From assembly GCA_965287045.1 (NCBI GenBank), contig OZ336903.1:186001-250000 (forward strand): 64,000 nt of DNA, written 5' to 3'. A program made the translations under genes and the position numbers. The notes below the pieces were generated by a model. That model was not told where the DNA came from and did not search any database. It saw only the letters and a list, made by a program, of their open reading frames with translations. This document shows positions 60,896 through 64,000 of this stretch, one piece after another (position 1 is the stretch's first letter; every line of letters starts with the position of its first letter). This DNA is from Carcharhinus amblyrhynchos (Eukaryota).

Positions 60896-63167
60896 TTTGT
60901 TTCACTTCCCAATCAGTTGTTCTCAGATTCTGACCCGCTGTTGAACCATTCAATCGACTGTTCTCAGACCCTCACCCGATGTTGTAAAATGCGATTCTGT
61001 TGCTCTCAGATTCCGAACTATCCCTCATTCTTTGAACTATTAATAGACGTGACAATCTCTCCAGAGGCACAGCTGGGTTCTCGGGAGAATGGCATTAATT
61101 ACAGTTACTGAACAAACTGGTTTGGTTATCCCCTTACAATCTATTTTGTACCAACATAAACAAGTGGTGGATAACATAGGATTGCTGAGGGAAAGGATAT
61201 AGTAAATACTGTATCCTCTGGCAAACTGGACCAACGTGAATTTATACAGTTTTTTTTTTAAGGATGTGATTGTGTTTAATGGAGAGATTAAAGGTTATGA
61301 AACTTATGAATTCAGCCTGTTGGTCAAATGTTGCTGGTGAAGCTCGAGAGACCACAAATAAATGCAACAAAATTTTGTGTTTGTAAAGGAAATGTAATAA
61401 ATGGAAATCATCACAAATATGTGAATGGAAAATTATTTGATGAACTTAGTCAAGTCACTGCTATAGTACCTGACATGGCTAACAGGGAATGAGATCTTCA
61501 TGTTCTGTGTCTGGGCTTCGCCAAGTTGTGCAATCAAGAGCAACATTAAATAATTGTCATGGAAACTGCAATGTATCGATTCCCAGGCACTGTCCGTGAA
61601 GATGTGATTTTGACAAAAAAAGGGAAGATCAGAGGAATGGGGAAGGCCTATTTTTCATATGACATCAGCATTGCTTAAATGATAAACAGTGAGCAGTTGG
61701 AGCTGTGCATCAAGAAAAACTAAAGGAAAAATAAGTTACATTGGAGATAAGGGGAGATACATGGTAAAAATATATCAGATTAATATATTTGTGATGACTT
61801 ATTAGGTTTCTGAAAGACAGAGGAATTAAGGGTAATGGGGAGAGAGCGGGAAAGTGGAACTGATCCACTTCAAATCAGCCATGAGCTTATTGAATGGCGG
61901 GGCAGGCTCGAATGGCTAGTTGGCCGACTCCTGCTCCCATTTCTTATGTTCTTAAGTTCTTATGTCTCAGCTGGAATGGTGTGCCTCATTCTAAACACAA
62001 ATATATTGGAACAGCATATTTTTATTCGTCACATGTAAGGCTTACATTACACTGCAATGAAGTAAATGTGAATTTTCCCTATGTACTCGGTATATGTCGG
62101 TCGTGAATACTTCCTTCCAGCTGTGAGATATGACATACAGGGAAGAAGCAATGCGCTTCATTAAACTCTCTTAATTTATTGCACCATTGCTGATGTCCGT
62201 CAGGACCGATATTTGAGAGGAAGATCCTACACAAACTGCGATATTGACGCTATGAATTGACATGGCTGGTTTTAATATTTGACTTTGGTGCCTTTCCCCA
62301 AGGTCCTACAATCACTGCCAATTGCCATGATGGACGCCATCTCAAACGTGGTGTCACCACTTCGCTATTTCTATCGGTATATTCGGCATTCGTAAATGTT
62401 TGGAGCATTGACGTCTTTGACGTCTTTTGTGGCTGACTGGCCACACAGGAGGTCACATGTATGCAAAAATCTTCCATCCAGTGGCCATACCTGACCCTCC
62501 TAAGGTGTTTCTATATAATAATTCCCACTAAAAGTCCAAGTCCTTCCGTTGTTAGAGTTCTGAATTTATGATTGATTTCCATTTGGCACAGACCCATGGC
62601 GAGCCAGCAGATGAGAACAAAAAACAAAATTAAATTCTAGATCGCTATGTGTAGCCAGTTTTTCATAGCTATTGTGTTAGGTGTCGGGAATATACACGTC
62701 ATAAAACAGCAGTTTGGTCTTAAGTCCCAGTTTCATGTTATCCTGCACGCGTGTTCGAGTTGTTCGAAGATTTTGGCTACTTTCCCTATAGATGTTTCGA
62801 GCTCTTCTTCAAGGGTACTGATGTCTTTCACCCCGAACCCAACTTATTTCCATTGGCTAACGTCTTCTAGTGGATTTACATTTGGATTAATCATTGGCAC
62901 AAACACAATAAGAAAACTGGCCTCATCATTAGTGAATTAGTTACAAGTCTATTCGGGAAGAAACAGTCCAAGTGTACCAGAGAGGGACTCTGTGAGCCAT
63001 TTTCGTAGAAAGTTTCCATTGTCCCTAAATTAATTTCCCTAAATAATTCCTAAACAATAGATAAGGGTCATGAGTGGAGAGGGGACTGGTAATGTTAAAA
63101 TGGCGGCGCGGGCTCGTTGGGCCGAAGGGTCTGTTTCCCGGGCTGTTTTTGTTCTTTGTTCTTTGTT

Positions 63168-63241
63168 TCATTCGTGTAACCGTCAAGTCTCCTCTTAAAC
63201 GTAGTCATTCGTGTAACCGTCAAGTCTCCTCTTGAACGTAG
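63168..63241 (+). repeat. 37-bp tandem duplication next to a SINE tail
   Basis: tcattcgtgtaaccgtcaagtctcctcttraacgtag occurs twice. Confidence 0.9.
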
Positions 63242-64000
63242 TTATCCTACAACCTCCACTGACCATACATTCAAGAACCTACCCTCTCCCCCTCCCCCGT
63301 GTAAAGAAATTACCTGTTACATTTCCTTCAAACAGTCACCATTTTGCCTTCAACTTCGGTACCCTAATAATTGACGCTTTTTTTTCCCCCTGGAAAACGA
63401 CTTCGACTGTCCATTTTACCCACGACTCTCTTAATTTTGCAAAGTTCTATCAGATACCCAATTCTCCAAAGTTCAAGTGAAATCGAACAATCTCTGCCCA
63501 AAGTCTCTTCACAGCTAATACCTTCCGAAGCAGATAACTGTTAAATGTTTTCTGTACCCTATCCAAATCCATCACATCCTATCGTGTGCCAAACAGAACT
63601 GTACTCTGTGTTCCCTATCTGATTAAAGTTCAAACTAGCTGCAAAATTCTTCTCCTCCAGACACCGACAGATAAAGGCAGGCATGACACGTATTTTCTTG
63701 GCCAATTGCTCCTCTCCTGCTGCCACTTCCAGGAAACTGTTGGCTTGCAGTCCTGGATTAATCTGTTAATGTTTCTAAGAGTTCTGCCGTTTCGAACTTC
63801 CAAAATGAACTTTGTTTAAAAGATGAATATTCGCTCGGAAATATATCAGTTAATTATAAATATCCAGTCTGGTTTTGTCAGATGGATGTCATGCCGAACA
63901 ATTTTGGTCGATTTTTTTTTGTGTGTGGTCAAGGGAAGTTCAGTTCTGATAGTTTTGTGGACCTTTGCAAAATATTTGGCAAGTTCCAACTTGGGAGATT

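Larger units (their letters stand above)
56570..62678 (+). repeat. Segmental duplication copy 2 (GPCR-C unit)
   Basis: As for copy 1; lacks the two LINE insertions found in the copy 1 intron. Confidence 0.88.

Noticed and set aside
62790-62815. Hammerhead-like TTGAAGA..GAAAC on the minus strand
   Set aside because: The core deviates from CUGANGA and no supporting stems were found; at most a PLE remnant.

Overview
Vertebrate genomic DNA, most likely a cartilaginous fish (shark), judging by abundant CR1 LINEs, HE1-type V-SINEs and Penelope-like repeats; it is not prokaryotic. Four intact spliced genes can be rebuilt by hand with GT-AG junctions and consistent frames. Three are two-exon class A GPCRs of a divergent GPR139/GPR142-related type: A (-, 1905-7376, 354 aa), B (+, 13390-19950, 322 aa) and C (-, 57572-60895, 353 aa). 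The fourth is a 16-exon type I membrane protein (-, 24311-46901, about 961 aa) with 7 SRCR domains and a tyrosine-motif tail, resembling CD163/WC1/SCART. GPCRs A and C lie in a direct-orientation duplicated unit whose promoter and exon 1 are far more alike than the intron and exon 2. Also present: a decayed endogenous retrovirus gag-protease junction with a TGA-CTA read-through context, palindromic Penelope-derived elements with hammerhead-ribozyme-like cores, a TALE/NF-Y-like repeat array, three abutting minisatellites and two assembly gaps. All alignments and counts were done by eye, repeat boundaries are approximate and no database search was run.
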